Source: Octopus vulgaris (Eukaryota). From it: DNA of 64,000 nucleotides. The notes below the pieces were generated by a model. That model searched no databases and had not been told where the DNA came from. It was given only the letters and a program-made list of their open reading frames with translations. Each line of letters opens with the position of its first letter. Position 1 is the stretch's first letter. Location of the stretch: the NCBI GenBank assembly GCA_951406725.2, contig OX597822.1, positions 64,542,001 to 64,606,000 on the forward strand. The letters run 5' to 3'. Positions 26,495-40,385 of this stretch are shown piece after piece. Position numbers and translations under genes: made by a program.

Positions 26495-27095
26495 GAGAGA
26501 GATAAATATGTATGTATACACACACACATATATATATATATATGTGTGTGTTTGTTTGATTTATCATTTGCTTATGTTTTGTTATTATTATGTTTATTTA
26601 TTCGTTTCAGATTATTTTGGTGTGTTCATTTGTTTGTTTGCTTTTTGTTTTTACATTTGTTCTTTGTATTTGTTTTACTTTTTGTTGGTTGCTTTGTTGG
26701 TTTGTTTTGTTTGTTGAAGGTGTTAGGACACGTACTAGTTCATTAAGTGTAGTGTCCTCACACACAGCAATCAAAACCAATTGTCTGCGATCGATAATTT
26801 TATATCATTCGGATTGGCAAGCAGCGAAGGGGATGAAGAAGAAGAAGAAGAAGAAGAAAGAGAAGAAAGAGAAGGAGAAGAAGTGGAGGAGGTTGTTACT
26901 GAGATGACTTAATAGAACAAACATTGGAAAACCAAATTTAAAAAAAAAAATCGAAATAAATAGTGCGTGTGTGTCTGCGGCGAGGGGAGTGAGAAAGGGT
27001 GAACAGCGAGAGATATAAAGGAATACAGAGTGTGAAAGAGTTTAGGAGAGATAGATAGAGATAGGGAGAGAGAGAGAGAGACAAAGAAAGAGTAC

Positions 27096-27133
<38 letters not shown>

Positions 27134-27177
27134 TGAGAGTACAGAGAGGCAAAGTGAAATATCTGCGTATGTGTTTG

Positions 27178-27258
<81 letters not shown>

Positions 27259-27534
27259 CGAAAGAGATAGAGGAAGAGGGAGAGAGACGAGAGAGAAAGA
27301 AGGGAAGAAAGAGTGACCGGGTGAGAGAAAGAGATAGATGAAGAGGGAGAGAGTGAAGGGAGAGAAAGAAGGAAAGAATGAGTGAGAGAGAGAGAGAGAG
27401 CGAGAAAAAGAAGAAAATGAGTGAAGGAAAGAGCGTGGATGAGAGAAAGAGAAAGGAGGGAGAGGGAGAGAGCGCGGAAGAATGGGTTCATTGAAAAGGA
27501 AAAGAATCTGTGTGTGCGTGTGTGTGAGTGCATA

Positions 27535-27601
<67 letters not shown>

Positions 27602-27620
27602 AGGAGAGAGAAAGAAAGGG
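26100..27620. repeat. Low-complexity field: (CAC)n, (GA)n and (TG)n
   Basis: Direct reading. Confidence 0.85.
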
Positions 27621-28525
27621 AAGGACAGGGAAAGACGCAGACAGACAGATAGCCAATCAAAGAAAAGGAGGAAGAAAAAAGATGGAGTGGAGGCAAAGAT
27701 TATATCATCATACAGCGGAATGGGGACTTAATAAATACTTTGATGAAACAAACATAACTGTTGCAGAAGTGTATAGAAGTTGTTGCGATTGTTGTAATTG
27801 TCATCGCGGCTGTTGTTGTTGCTTTTGTTATTGTTGAACAATAGATCGTATTTAAATAGCTGATCGATAACGTGTCCATCGAAATCAATTGTGTCCAATG
27901 GGATTTCTACCTCCCTTTTAAAAATTCAGTGTATGATTAAAGGGAAATTTAGCTGCTATTACTAGCAGTTAGATGACCATGCACAGGAGTACTCATAATT
28001 CCGTTATGACTGCTCCACATAACGATTCTGTCGATGGCAGAATCGCTTGCGCGTCGAATAAAATGCTCTGCTACATCTCTTCTCATACTTTACACTTTGA
28101 GTTCAAATTCCACCAAAGTTAATATTACATTCCATCGCTTAGCGGCCGATAAAATAAAGAACTTGTCAAAAAGAGGGGTCGATGACGGGTACAACTTACC
28201 AAATTATCTAAATAATTACACACTAAATCCTTCTAATTAATATATTACTGAGGACAATCGGTGATAGCGTATATATGCCTCCGATATCTAGCGGTTCGGC
28301 AAAAGAGACCGATAGAAAAAGCAATTAACTTAAGAAATGTCCTGGGGTGGATTTGTTCATCTAAAAAAAAAAACCCATCAAGGCGGTGTTCCAGCATGGC
28401 CGCAGTCAAATGGCTGAAACAAATAAAAGAATGTGTTTAATACGAAGTGTAGTAAAAAAATATCACCATTTTGATATAGTCTCCTTCAAAGTATTCGCCT
28501 TGGGAGTCTATACACTTCTTATTTT

Positions 28526-28594
<69 letters not shown>

Positions 28595-28694
28595 AAAGGG
28601 CTTAGTAAAATAAATTACTTTGCCGCATACTGAACTCATTAGAAATAGCAGCTAAAAAAACTTTCAGTGTTTTCAAATCCAAACCAGGGAATTC

Positions 28695-28746
28695 TGAGCT
28701 GATGATAGAAGTGTCGATTTGACTAATCTTGAAACGTACGTTCTCA
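28695..28746 (+). ncRNA. Type I hammerhead ribozyme
   Basis: TGAG CTGATGA TAGAAGTGTCGATTTGACTAATCTT GAAACGTACGTT CTCA; palindromic ACGTACGT stem III. Confidence 0.8.
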
Positions 28747-29253
28747 AATAACCTTTGCATTTGATTTTTTAATGTCTCTACCCTCATACTTTCGTGAGTT
28801 GAATTGAGCAAGCACTATACGAGAGAGATTTTCTTTAAGTATTGGAGATAGTTTTAAAAAAGTTTTTTTTAGCTGCTATTTCTAATGAGTTCAGTATGCG
28901 GCAAAGTAATTTATTTTACTAAGCCCTTTTATATAATGTAATAATTTGAATTCGCCTTAAATGGTCCCTTTGTATACTGAATACTTGGTGAAATTGATTA
29001 ATTAATTAATTTTACCCTCAATTGTTGAAATTATAATTCATCTCTCTCTTTATAATGCCTCGGATTTTACCGAAAAAAAGCATAATGCTTGCTGATTTTA
29101 ACCCACGCTGGTGGAAAGGGGAGAGCAGAAATTCTTCGTTTGCATATTTGAATTTGTCAACACTGTTAGTTTTGAACAGATCTTCAGAAGCGATAACAGG
29201 CCGAAAGGGTATGTTCCCGCTTTCAGTGTTTTCAAATCCAAACCAGGGAGTTC

Positions 29254-29305
29254 TGAGCTGATGATAGAAGTGTCGATTTGACTAATCTTGAAACGTACGT
29301 TCTCA
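29254..29305 (+). ncRNA. Type I hammerhead ribozyme (second copy)
   Basis: Identical to 28695-28746. Confidence 0.8.
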
Positions 29306-29582
29306 AATAACCTTTGCATTTGATTTTTTAATGTCTCTACCCTCATACTTTCGTGAGTTGAATTGAGCAAGCACTATACGAGAGAGATTTTCTTTAAGTA
29401 TTGGAGATAGTTTTAAAAAAGTTTTTTTAGCTGCTATTTCTAATGAGTTCAGTATGCGGCAAAGTAATTTATTTTACTAAGCCCTTTTATATAATGTAAT
29501 AATTTGAATTCGCCTTAAATGGTCCCTTTGTATACTGAATACTTGGTGAAATTGATTAATTAATTAATTTTACCCTCAATTG

Positions 29583-29623
<41 letters not shown>

Positions 29624-29624
<1 letters not shown>

Positions 29625-29813
29625 TAGCTATTTTGACCCGTGCTTCGCTCGGATTTTGGTGGTGATGGCAACCAAGCGGTAGCCCCGAGCGACTTGCAAC
29701 CCTACACACACCATTTTACCCCCAGTGTAAATTTTGGCGCCAATCCGACCCCATCTACCGCTCCTTAAACCGTTCCCATCCCAAAATGAGACAAACAACT
29801 TTTCGCATTTCAG

Positions 29814-29822
<9 letters not shown>
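29624..29822 (-). mobile_element. Short non-autonomous Helitron-like element
   Basis: Minus strand ends with hairpin CCGAGCGAAGCACGG about 11 nt before CTAG|T and starts in TATATAAAGCTGAAATG. Confidence 0.6.
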
Positions 29823-29909
<87 letters not shown>

Positions 29910-30266
29910 ATGCGTGTGTGTCTGTGTGTGTTTGTGTCTTTGTGTCTGCGTGTGTCAACCACAATCGTCACCACCACCACCACTTGACAACCGGTCTTGG
30001 TGTGTTTACAGCCCCGTAACTTAGCGGTTCAGTCAGTAAATGTAGCCGATAGACTAAGTACCAGGTTTACATAATTTAAGTACTGGGGTGGGGGGATGGG
30101 TCAGTCGATTTTATTAAGACAGTTTTCAAAGCGGTGCCCCAGCATGGCCGCAGTCTAATGACTGAAACAAGTGAAAGATAAAAGAAAAAAAACATTATAT
30201 GATTTGCATTATCATTCTTTATTAAAGATAGTAGTTTGTATTTGAGGAAGATTTGGCTACTAATTC

Positions 30267-30316
<50 letters not shown>

Positions 30317-31009
30317 ATAGTAGTAGTAGTTTTGATGTTGTAACGCTAATATTATGTAAAATTTTCAAGGCTTCCTCAAAGTTTACAATCGAAAATAAAT
30401 TTTGCCAAAACTGGATAAGCTCTTTAACCTTTGAATAAAATATATCTATAAATATACATGAAAGGGAAAATATAGGAAACAAATCTGAGAATGTAGATGA
30501 AATAGGAGAACTACGGAGTTAACCAGTTGGTATATTACTGACAGCAATCTGTTGCTGGGGCAATGATGAACACACGTCATTCTCAGAAACCGAGTTGGTC
30601 TTATACGTTACGGTAAACACCGGCAGTTATTATTTCAATTTAATAGACAGAAATGGGTACCTGTGACAGAGCTGGGATGTTACCCAACGAGACATTTGTT
30701 TCTTATCCACTTTGGTGGCAAAGGTCGAGTAAATTCTTAATTCGGTTTAACTTCATCACTTAACCATTGAATGTCTTTAGGTCTGAGGATTCATTTGTTC
30801 CTTGACCTATTGATGTCAAAGACTCTGAAAAATGTTATAGGTGTTTGCTATTCTTTCTCTCACTAAACCATTAAAGAAAAAAAAATGCGTGCTACAGAGC
30901 ACTAAAGCTATGGATTAGAGACCGCAAGTGTAGGATATGGTATAATGAATGCATTATCTTAACTAATAGCTGTATATATAACAAATATTCTATCATCAAG
31001 TGTTCAGTA

Positions 31010-31085
<76 letters not shown>

Positions 31086-31128
31086 CAAAATGCAATAAGC
31101 AGGCAAGAGGAGAGACGTGGAATAGAGA

Positions 31129-31171
31129 GTCACTGATGAGGTCATAGAATGTGTGACGAAAGAACTTTGAC
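31129..31171 (+). ncRNA. Probable decayed minimal hammerhead between (TA)n tracts
   Basis: GTCA CTGATGA G GTCA[..]TGAC GAAA GAACTT TGAC; stem III imperfect. Confidence 0.5.
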
Positions 31172-31264
31172 AGACGTAAACTAAGAATAGTAAAATTAAA
31201 ACTGAAATGGAGATCGAATAAATTGTGCGTGTGTTTAATTGGCTAAAAATATGACCATCCCCAA

Positions 31265-31344
<80 letters not shown>

Positions 31345-32214
31345 CAAAGTGTACGTACGCCGCCATATGAATATAAAAAGGAATACAAAAATGGGACAAG
31401 AACGCAAAACATCCAGACAGGTAGATGATACAAAAAGGGGACATGAAAAAACAGGGACGTGTCATTCGAAATTTTCTTTTCTCAGTCGAGTTCTAGATTA
31501 TCTTTGCAATTTCGGCTGGTTATATTCGATATTGCTCCAATCTGACTAGTCCCAAGGAAAATCTAAGCTTAGAACATTAGATTCCTTGGAAGAAAGCAGC
31601 AAATGTATACCGATGGAAAACCGATGTTGTCAAGGGGCAAACACAAGACACGCACTTACACACACACGCACACACACAAACACACACATAAGCGCAAGCT
31701 TTCGTCTACCAAATCCATTTACAAGGCATTGGTCAGCTCGGAACTATAGCAAATGACACATGTGCAAGGTGCTGCTCAGCAGGGACTGAATGTGAAACGA
31801 AGCAGCTGCAAAATGAACCTTTTGACTTCCACAGTCATTCTAGCACCTATTGTCGTCTGAGCAATGAGTCACTGATAAAGCAAAATGGTCGATAATCAGT
31901 TAATGTGTACACTCTGTGTCTAATTTGATTTCTAATTGCTTAAATGAGAATCGTCAATCTCATCTCCTGTGAACCGAGATTTTAATTTTCTAATTAAATT
32001 TCTATTAATTGACTTGAGTTCAGCCATCATACAAAAATAGTCCAGGAAATATATTTCCAGTCAACTTTTTGAAGACATTTATTATTTATATAATTATTCT
32101 ATTCTTCATTAATTCATTCTTCAGTTTTTATATTCTTTCATAAATGTGATGTCTTGTGCGAGTAATTGTCATTTAAATGTTATGTAATACAGGTATTAAT
32201 AATTTCTGTGATAG

Positions 32215-32875
32215 TCACAAAGCCTGAAATAATTTTGAGAAAACGCGCGGGTTGGAGGGTGGCAGTTGATTACATCGACCCAGTGCTCAACTGATACTTA
32301 TTTTATGAACCCCGAAAAGATGTTAGGCAAAGTCGACCGCGGCGATATTTGAACTCCGGGCGTAAAGCCGGAAGTCATATTAGTTAAATATTTCATCCGA
32401 CGTACTAACGAATTTGCCAGCTCGCCGGGTTTGATTCCAATATAGGCACATGGCCTAAATTTTGGGAGAGGGAGCTCGTCGTTACATCGACCCTATTACG
32501 TGACTGGTATTTTATTTTATCGAATCCGAAGTGATGAAAGGTAAAGTTGGCCTCGGCAGAATTTGAACTCAGAACGTTAGGAGCCGGAAGAAATGCCGCT
32601 AACTCACCACCTTAAATGTGGTACTAATATAGGTTCGATAAAGAAAGCTGCATGTTGGTAGACTCGTTAGCACGCCGGACGAAATGCTTAGCAGCATTTC
32701 GGCCATCTTTACGTTCTGAATTTAAAATCCGCCAAGGTCAACTTTGCTTTTCATTCTTTAGAGGCTGATAAAAATAAGTACCAGTTGAACACTGGGGTCG
32801 AGGCAATCACTTGAACACTGGGCTCGAAGTAACAGCCTCCCCTGAATTCGCTGGCCTTGTACCAAAATTTGAAAT
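32215..32875. mobile_element. Cluster of diverged SINE B copies (two minus, one plus)
   Basis: Repeated GATGAAAGG.AAAGT.G.CC.CGGC..AATTTGAACTC and its reverse complement. Confidence 0.75.
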
Positions 32876-33406
32876 CGATATAGGTTCAATGAAGAGAAAA
32901 TATTCCAGTTACAATTTGTTCAAATATTCAGAACTTGAGTCAGAACAGCTTCGAGGGAACTTGACAGTTTTTATAACAAACCTTGATTATACATTCAGAT
33001 CAGCACAAACCGTGATGCTTCTATTTCTTATCAATCATTTACATTTAATCCGGGCTCTAAAATGCTGGTATACACCGAAGCTGACGAAGTAACAGTGATA
33101 TGTATGAAACAATAGGAAAGAATGGAAGGAATTCAGAGAGATTTAACGCTTGTGGTGGGAATCAGATATGTAAGAGTTGTACATGATGTGTGAATGGAAT
33201 AATAATAGTATTGGAAGAATCTATACCCAGCCAGGGCAGATATTATTTTATTCAACACTCCAAAACTGGTTTCAGTTACGTGTGATTAGTTGTCAGTGAA
33301 ACACGATATCGCCTCGTGTGCACATATGTTTAGTGTTGCTATAAATTTTATACATCTGGCCTCGAAGTATATTCAAGAATAGCAATCACTATAAAACAAC
33401 AGCAAC

Positions 33407-33855
33407 GTGGAGGCGCAATGACCCAGTGGTTAGGACAGCGGACTCGCAGTCGTAAGAACGCGGTTTCGATTCCCAGACCGGGCATTGTGAGTGTTTATTG
33501 TGCAAAAACACATAAGCTCCGCAAGGCTTCGACGGGGCGTAGTGGTGAACCCCACTGTACTCTTTCACCACAACTGTCTCTCACTCTTTCTTCCTACTTC
33601 TGCCACAAAGTAGAGGAACCATGGTGTAACCCATTATGGTGAGGTAAACTTTCAGACCCCTAGTCTAGATTGCGAATCCTCCGTACTCCAGGATGGTTCA
33701 GCTCTCCGCCCGTTAAAAGCCACCGTTTGCGCGCCCGTCCAACCGCCAGTGTATCGCGTGTGGTGGGTGGATCTTCAAGTCGCCACACGCATTCTTAGTA
33801 GCTTAGAGTAGGTTCGAATTAGAGATTATTCTTTGTGGCTAATGGAAGAAGAAGA
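33407..33855 (+). mobile_element. tRNA-derived SINE (head C + tail X)
   Basis: TGGAGGCGCAATGACCCAGTGGTTAGG...GGTTTCGATTCCC; paralog of 403-840. Confidence 0.9.
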
Positions 33856-34023
33856 CAACAGCAACAATATCAATAATAGCAACAACAACTACAACTGCAA
33901 CGTCGTAAGCAATGACAATAACGTCAACTGATCAAGAAAACTATATGAGAACAATAAGTTCTGTTTCTGAAAATTCCGTGTCGTCGTCGTGGGGCAACGC
34001 TGTTGCATTCTCTATAAACAATC

Positions 34024-34705
<682 letters not shown>

Positions 34706-36384
34706 TCAAAATAGTATGCTTGCTCAATCAACTTCTTTTCTAAATTGTAATGAAGTTCAAATCAGTTTCATTAATAACTGATTTAAATTTCATTGACTTA
34801 GTCGGCGAAATGCCTCTTGTTAAATCGATTCCGTATATGCTTCGAAAATTAGAAAATTTGGAGTTTGGTATAATATCATACATGTAGTAAAGTAAATGAA
34901 TAAATGAATGATTCTCTTCCTGACTCGAACCAACGAGGGAAATATATATATATATTTTTTACCATTTGATTATAGAGGAAAGAGCTGTGTATATTATACT
35001 TAATCTTTTTTAGGGTATTCGAAAATAGTAGAAGAGAAAGAGAGAGACTTATCACCTCATGGAAACTTGATCTTAAATTATGCAATACAATTTACTTCAC
35101 CAGAGGCATCGAAAGACCAGGTGTTGGTGTTAAACCGGGCAACAGATTTCGACGATGATTATTACAGTTGTTCAATCAACTGGATTACCTTTTTATATGT
35201 TTCTGAATATTCCACAGATGTTTGTACCCTCGAAGTAATCGTCCGGTACATTCAGCGTGAGACAATATACGACGCAGTTGTCCTTCTCTTTGCTGTCTTC
35301 AGTCCATCCGACGTTCTTCCACATAAGTTCAGTTCAACTAAATTCTACTCCCATGATTTGGCTTTCTGCATATTCACTAAGGCACACGAAATGTAGTTAA
35401 AAATACACGTACACACATGCATTCATTATGTCATATAAAGAAATGAACTTGCACACAGAAACTTACAGGCACACATACAGGCATACACTCATACACACAC
35501 ATTGCTTTTATTTGCGTATTTTCAAATGCAGGTATTTCGCGATAAATTGAGTGTACTATGAATACACATCCATCTGAAATGAATTGTCCTCCTACGACGA
35601 AACAACAGCGATTAGCATATTCAAGTTTGTCTCTGCCGGAACATATTAAAAAACAATATGTATACCATCATCTTGATTCTCAATATTCATCGCGCATGTG
35701 ATGATTTATTATCGATTTGAGAAATCAGCACACATCTGCGAATAATTTGTTTGCCGAAGTTATAAACAAGAGCCACAAATTCTTATTAAATCCATTAGTC
35801 AGGAATACCTTTGACTGAAGAGACACAAGAATGTCGAAACATCGGGCGTAACGCTGATGAGTCGAGTGTGTCTAACTCAGTTTACTTTATTTCTAATCAT
35901 TATTTTTACACAAAAATTATAATCTTTTGTTAACATATTTACAATATTGGGATGGAGATGGCTCTTCGCAAATGTAAGCCTTATGAGTCAGTGTGACTGT
36001 TCCAGCGCATCTCCCTCGCCAGACTCTGGAACAACGCCTTTTGCTTTTTGTCTGCTGAGACCATGAGGCAGTCGAGTGTGTTATGAACAGACGTTCGTCT
36101 GAAAGGAGAGAGAGGTGAAGTTGTTTTCCTGTGACGGAATACGATAGCGATTAGAAATATGCAAGAGATCGTATGAAACTGTTCTTAGCTCAAATGTAAA
36201 TGCATGATAATTATATGCATAAACGTGAGTGCATGCCTGTATATTCATGAATATGTGTGCGTTGACACTATTATATATTAATACGTACGTTTTTGTTTGC
36301 ACATAAATATGTGAGTGCTCTCGTGTATATGTGTGAATGCGCATGTTGTGTTTGTGTGCGCGTATATATAGCATTTATCCTTTT

Positions 36385-36575
36385 TCTTTTACTTGCTGGG
36401 GCACCATCTTGAATTTTTCGTCGAATGACTCGACCAAGGTCTTTATTTTTAAAGCCCCCTACTTATTCTATGGGTCTCTTTTGCCGAACCGCTAAGTTAC
36501 GGGAACGGAAACACACCGATACCAATTGTCAAGCGGTGTTGGGGAACAAACACAGATACAAAGACACACACACGC

Positions 36576-36613
<38 letters not shown>

Positions 36614-36697
36614 GATGGGCTTCTATTAGTTTCCGTCTACCAAATCCACTCACAAGGGCTTGGGCGGCCTGAGGCTATAGTAAAAGACACTTGCACT
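36385..36697 (-). mobile_element. SINE A, truncated
   Basis: Reverse-complement body motifs. Confidence 0.8.
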
Positions 36698-36766
36698 TAT
36701 GCATATACGCACACATGCACACTTGAATATAATTGAAGAGATAACGACATATTGCTCACACACACA

Positions 36767-36811
<45 letters not shown>

Positions 36812-37195
36812 AAATACATACACACATGCATATACTGATAAACATATATGGAAATGCGAACGCATATGTAGATATGCATGCGAAAAAATACACATGCATA
36901 CATATGCACATAATTACACATACGCACACATGAATCTACATACGTATCCACTAACCAATGCATGCTCATACACGTGCATATACATAAAAGCAGAAGCAAG
37001 TACACACACAAAATGGTATACACACTCACATTCACACGCTCACATAAACACACACACACACACAGACACACACACACAGCTATCTCTCTCTCTCTCTCTC
37101 TACATATATATACATACATACAAACATACATACATACATACATACATACATACACACATACATATACACACATGAAACACCGGGCACGCACATAT

Positions 37196-37239
<44 letters not shown>

Positions 37240-37599
37240 TGTCGTATGTATATATATATATATACATACACATACAAACATACATTTACGCATTTAAGCA
37301 CATATGCACATATGCATGTACATGTATATGCGGGCAATATCCGGTTTGATGGATGGCCACAGTGGCATAAACAGGTTGCAAGCTGCATTATTCCCCTGCG
37401 TCGAGATCAGAAAAATTCTGGATCCAACTTTAGAAAACTATTCATTCATGCACAGGGCATGCATTCCTGTATGCACAAGAATTTACATTTGTTGCCCATA
37501 CTCCCGTTCCCATGGTGACAAAGGGACATTAAAACAAACGCTGTGCTCCGTGGTTGTTTCACTCCGCCGGTTAAAACATGCAAGAGAACGAGAGATGGA

Positions 37600-37873
<274 letters not shown>

Positions 37874-38341
37874 GAGAAAGAGGATGGTGAGATAGAAGGA
37901 AAATGGAGGGGGAACAGAACTGGAGTTGGGTATATGCAATGGCCGATCATCGCGTTGATGGCGGCGACAGTGATTGGTGTGTGTCTATATGTGATTTCAG
38001 TAACCTTTCATATTGGCGGTTAAATTTAGGCTTAAAGGACAGAGGTTACGGTTGGCTAGACTGGATCATACAGAATACCGAATCGGCTTGCAGCTCCTTT
38101 TATTTTATTGTTGTTGTAGTTGTTATTGCTATTGTCGTTGTGGTTATCCTCACATGTTGTTGTTGCCGTTCTTATTCTTATATTTTTTTTATTATTTGTG
38201 TGTGTGTGTGTGTGTGTGTGTTTTGTATTACGTCTTTGATGGTTGTTTTTTTTTTTGTATCCGTACACCTGAATGTTTTGATTTCGCTAGTGTATTTAAA
38301 TATTTTGTATATGTGATACCCTTGTGGCAAAAAAAAGAGAA

Positions 38342-38384
<43 letters not shown>

Positions 38385-38937
38385 GCTGTTGTTGTTGTTG
38401 TTGTTGCTGTTTATTTTTGTATTCATTTAGTTATTCGTTTTTTTTTTCCTCTTCTCTTTTCGCTATGAGATTGCTTCACACTGTGACAACGTTAGAAAGA
38501 ATGCGATGCGGAGGGGGGGGGGGGGAGGAAAGTGAGAGATAGCGTGAAAGAGAAAGAGAGAGGATGAAAGAGAGACAGGATGAAAGAGAGAGAGAGAGGG
38601 TGGGGAGAAACATTGAAAGGTTACGAGAGAGACAGAGAGAATTGCGAATAGAGTGATGGAATGTGCAATGGCTGAGTTATATAATGTGTGATTGGAATGG
38701 AAAATACAACGATAAAGATGCAGTAAAAAAGACCAAAAAAAAAAAAAGATTGTGGAAGGGGAATACGAGATGTAATGAATTAAAGGTTGAGATTAAGGGA
38801 TATGGAGTAGGAGGTGAGGGGAAGAGAGAAGGGCCAAAAATGTGGCAAAGTTTGTGAAGAGAAACGATCAAGAGGGGGAAAAGGATTGGGTGCAACAGAA
38901 GGAATTGTTGAACGTAGTCTCTCTCTCTATCTCTGCT

Positions 38938-39070
<133 letters not shown>

Positions 39071-39204
39071 TTTGTCCTCTTTCTTTCCTTTTACGATCCC
39101 TTTTGATCGAAAACCAACCCCCTCTTTTTTTACCCCCAAAAGAAAAGCTCTACCTTGTAATTTGTTCTGTCTGTGTGCAGCCCTGTGTGGCTAATAAAGA
39201 AACA

Positions 39205-39280
<76 letters not shown>

Positions 39281-39282
39281 CA

Positions 39283-39396
<114 letters not shown>

Positions 39397-39676
39397 GCTA
39401 GCTAGCTATCTGCCTGTCTTCTGCCTATCTCTCTGTCCAGATCAGAGGTTGTCAACTATATTTTTGTCTGTGGATTCCTTTCATTCCTGTTTTCCTCGGG
39501 AGGATCCCGTAGCTATTCGATGTTTAAAAGCAAAAATCCTATTGTATTTTTATACATAGATATTATTCAGGAATTGTATAAAAAATTCTACAATACACAA
39601 AATGTATTTTGTGTATTGCAGAACTATAACCAATTTATTGCAAATCAATTTTGATCGCAAAATCTTATATGGACTT

Positions 39677-39867
39677 CCACATGGTTCCGGGTTCAGTCGA
39701 ACCGACCAAAGCCTGGTGAGTGGATTTTGTAGACGGAAACAGAAAGAAGCCCGTCGTATATATATATATATATATATATATACGACGGGCTTCTTTACGG
39801 GGACGTAAACACACCAGCATCGGTTGTCAAGCGATGTTAGGGAGACAGAGACACACAATCATATACA

Positions 39868-39957
<90 letters not shown>

Positions 39958-40180
39958 TGTATATGATTGTTTGTCTGTGTTTGTCTCCCTAACATCGCTT
40001 GACAACCGATGCTGGTGTGTTTACGTCCCCGTAACCTAGCAGTTCGGGAAAAGAGACCGATAAGATAAGTACTTTGTAAGAATCAGTCTTACCAAGAATA
40101 AGTCCTGGAGTCGATTTGCTCGACTAAAGGTGGTGCTCCAGCATGGCCGCAGTCAAATGACTGAAACAAGTAAAATAGTA
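39677..40180 (+). mobile_element. SINE A with an internal inverted duplication
   Basis: Head, (TA)n, inverted segments at 39781-39872, (TA)n(TG)n, then normal body and tail. Confidence 0.85.
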
Positions 40181-40385
40181 ACTTAAGTGCTAGATAAACA
40201 AATCAGATACAGAAATCGATCGATAGATAGATACGTCAGTAAGACAGACAGATGAACCTGTTGATTGATACGCAAATAGCTTGATAGTTAGATAGACAGA
40301 TACATATCAGAAATATAGATATAGCTACTTAGATTGATAAAAATTTGGATAGATGGAACGATAGATAAATACAAATAGAAACCAT

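Larger units (their letters stand above)
28590..29585 (+). mobile_element. PLE pLTR/retrozyme-like element: short inverted arm plus 559-bp-period tandem, flanked by (TA)n
   Basis: 28590-28664 is the reverse complement of 28859-28934; 28661-29026 repeats at 29220-29584. Confidence 0.9.

Noticed and set aside
26240-27000. Possible minus-strand 5' UTR exon or promoter (GGTAAG donor near 26250, GA-rich upstream)
   Set aside because: No coding or transcript evidence; such motifs arise by chance
35812-35865. CTGAAGA-GACA..TGTC-GAAAC hammerhead-like core
   Set aside because: Stem II is present but no convincing stem I or cleavage triplet; at best a decayed copy
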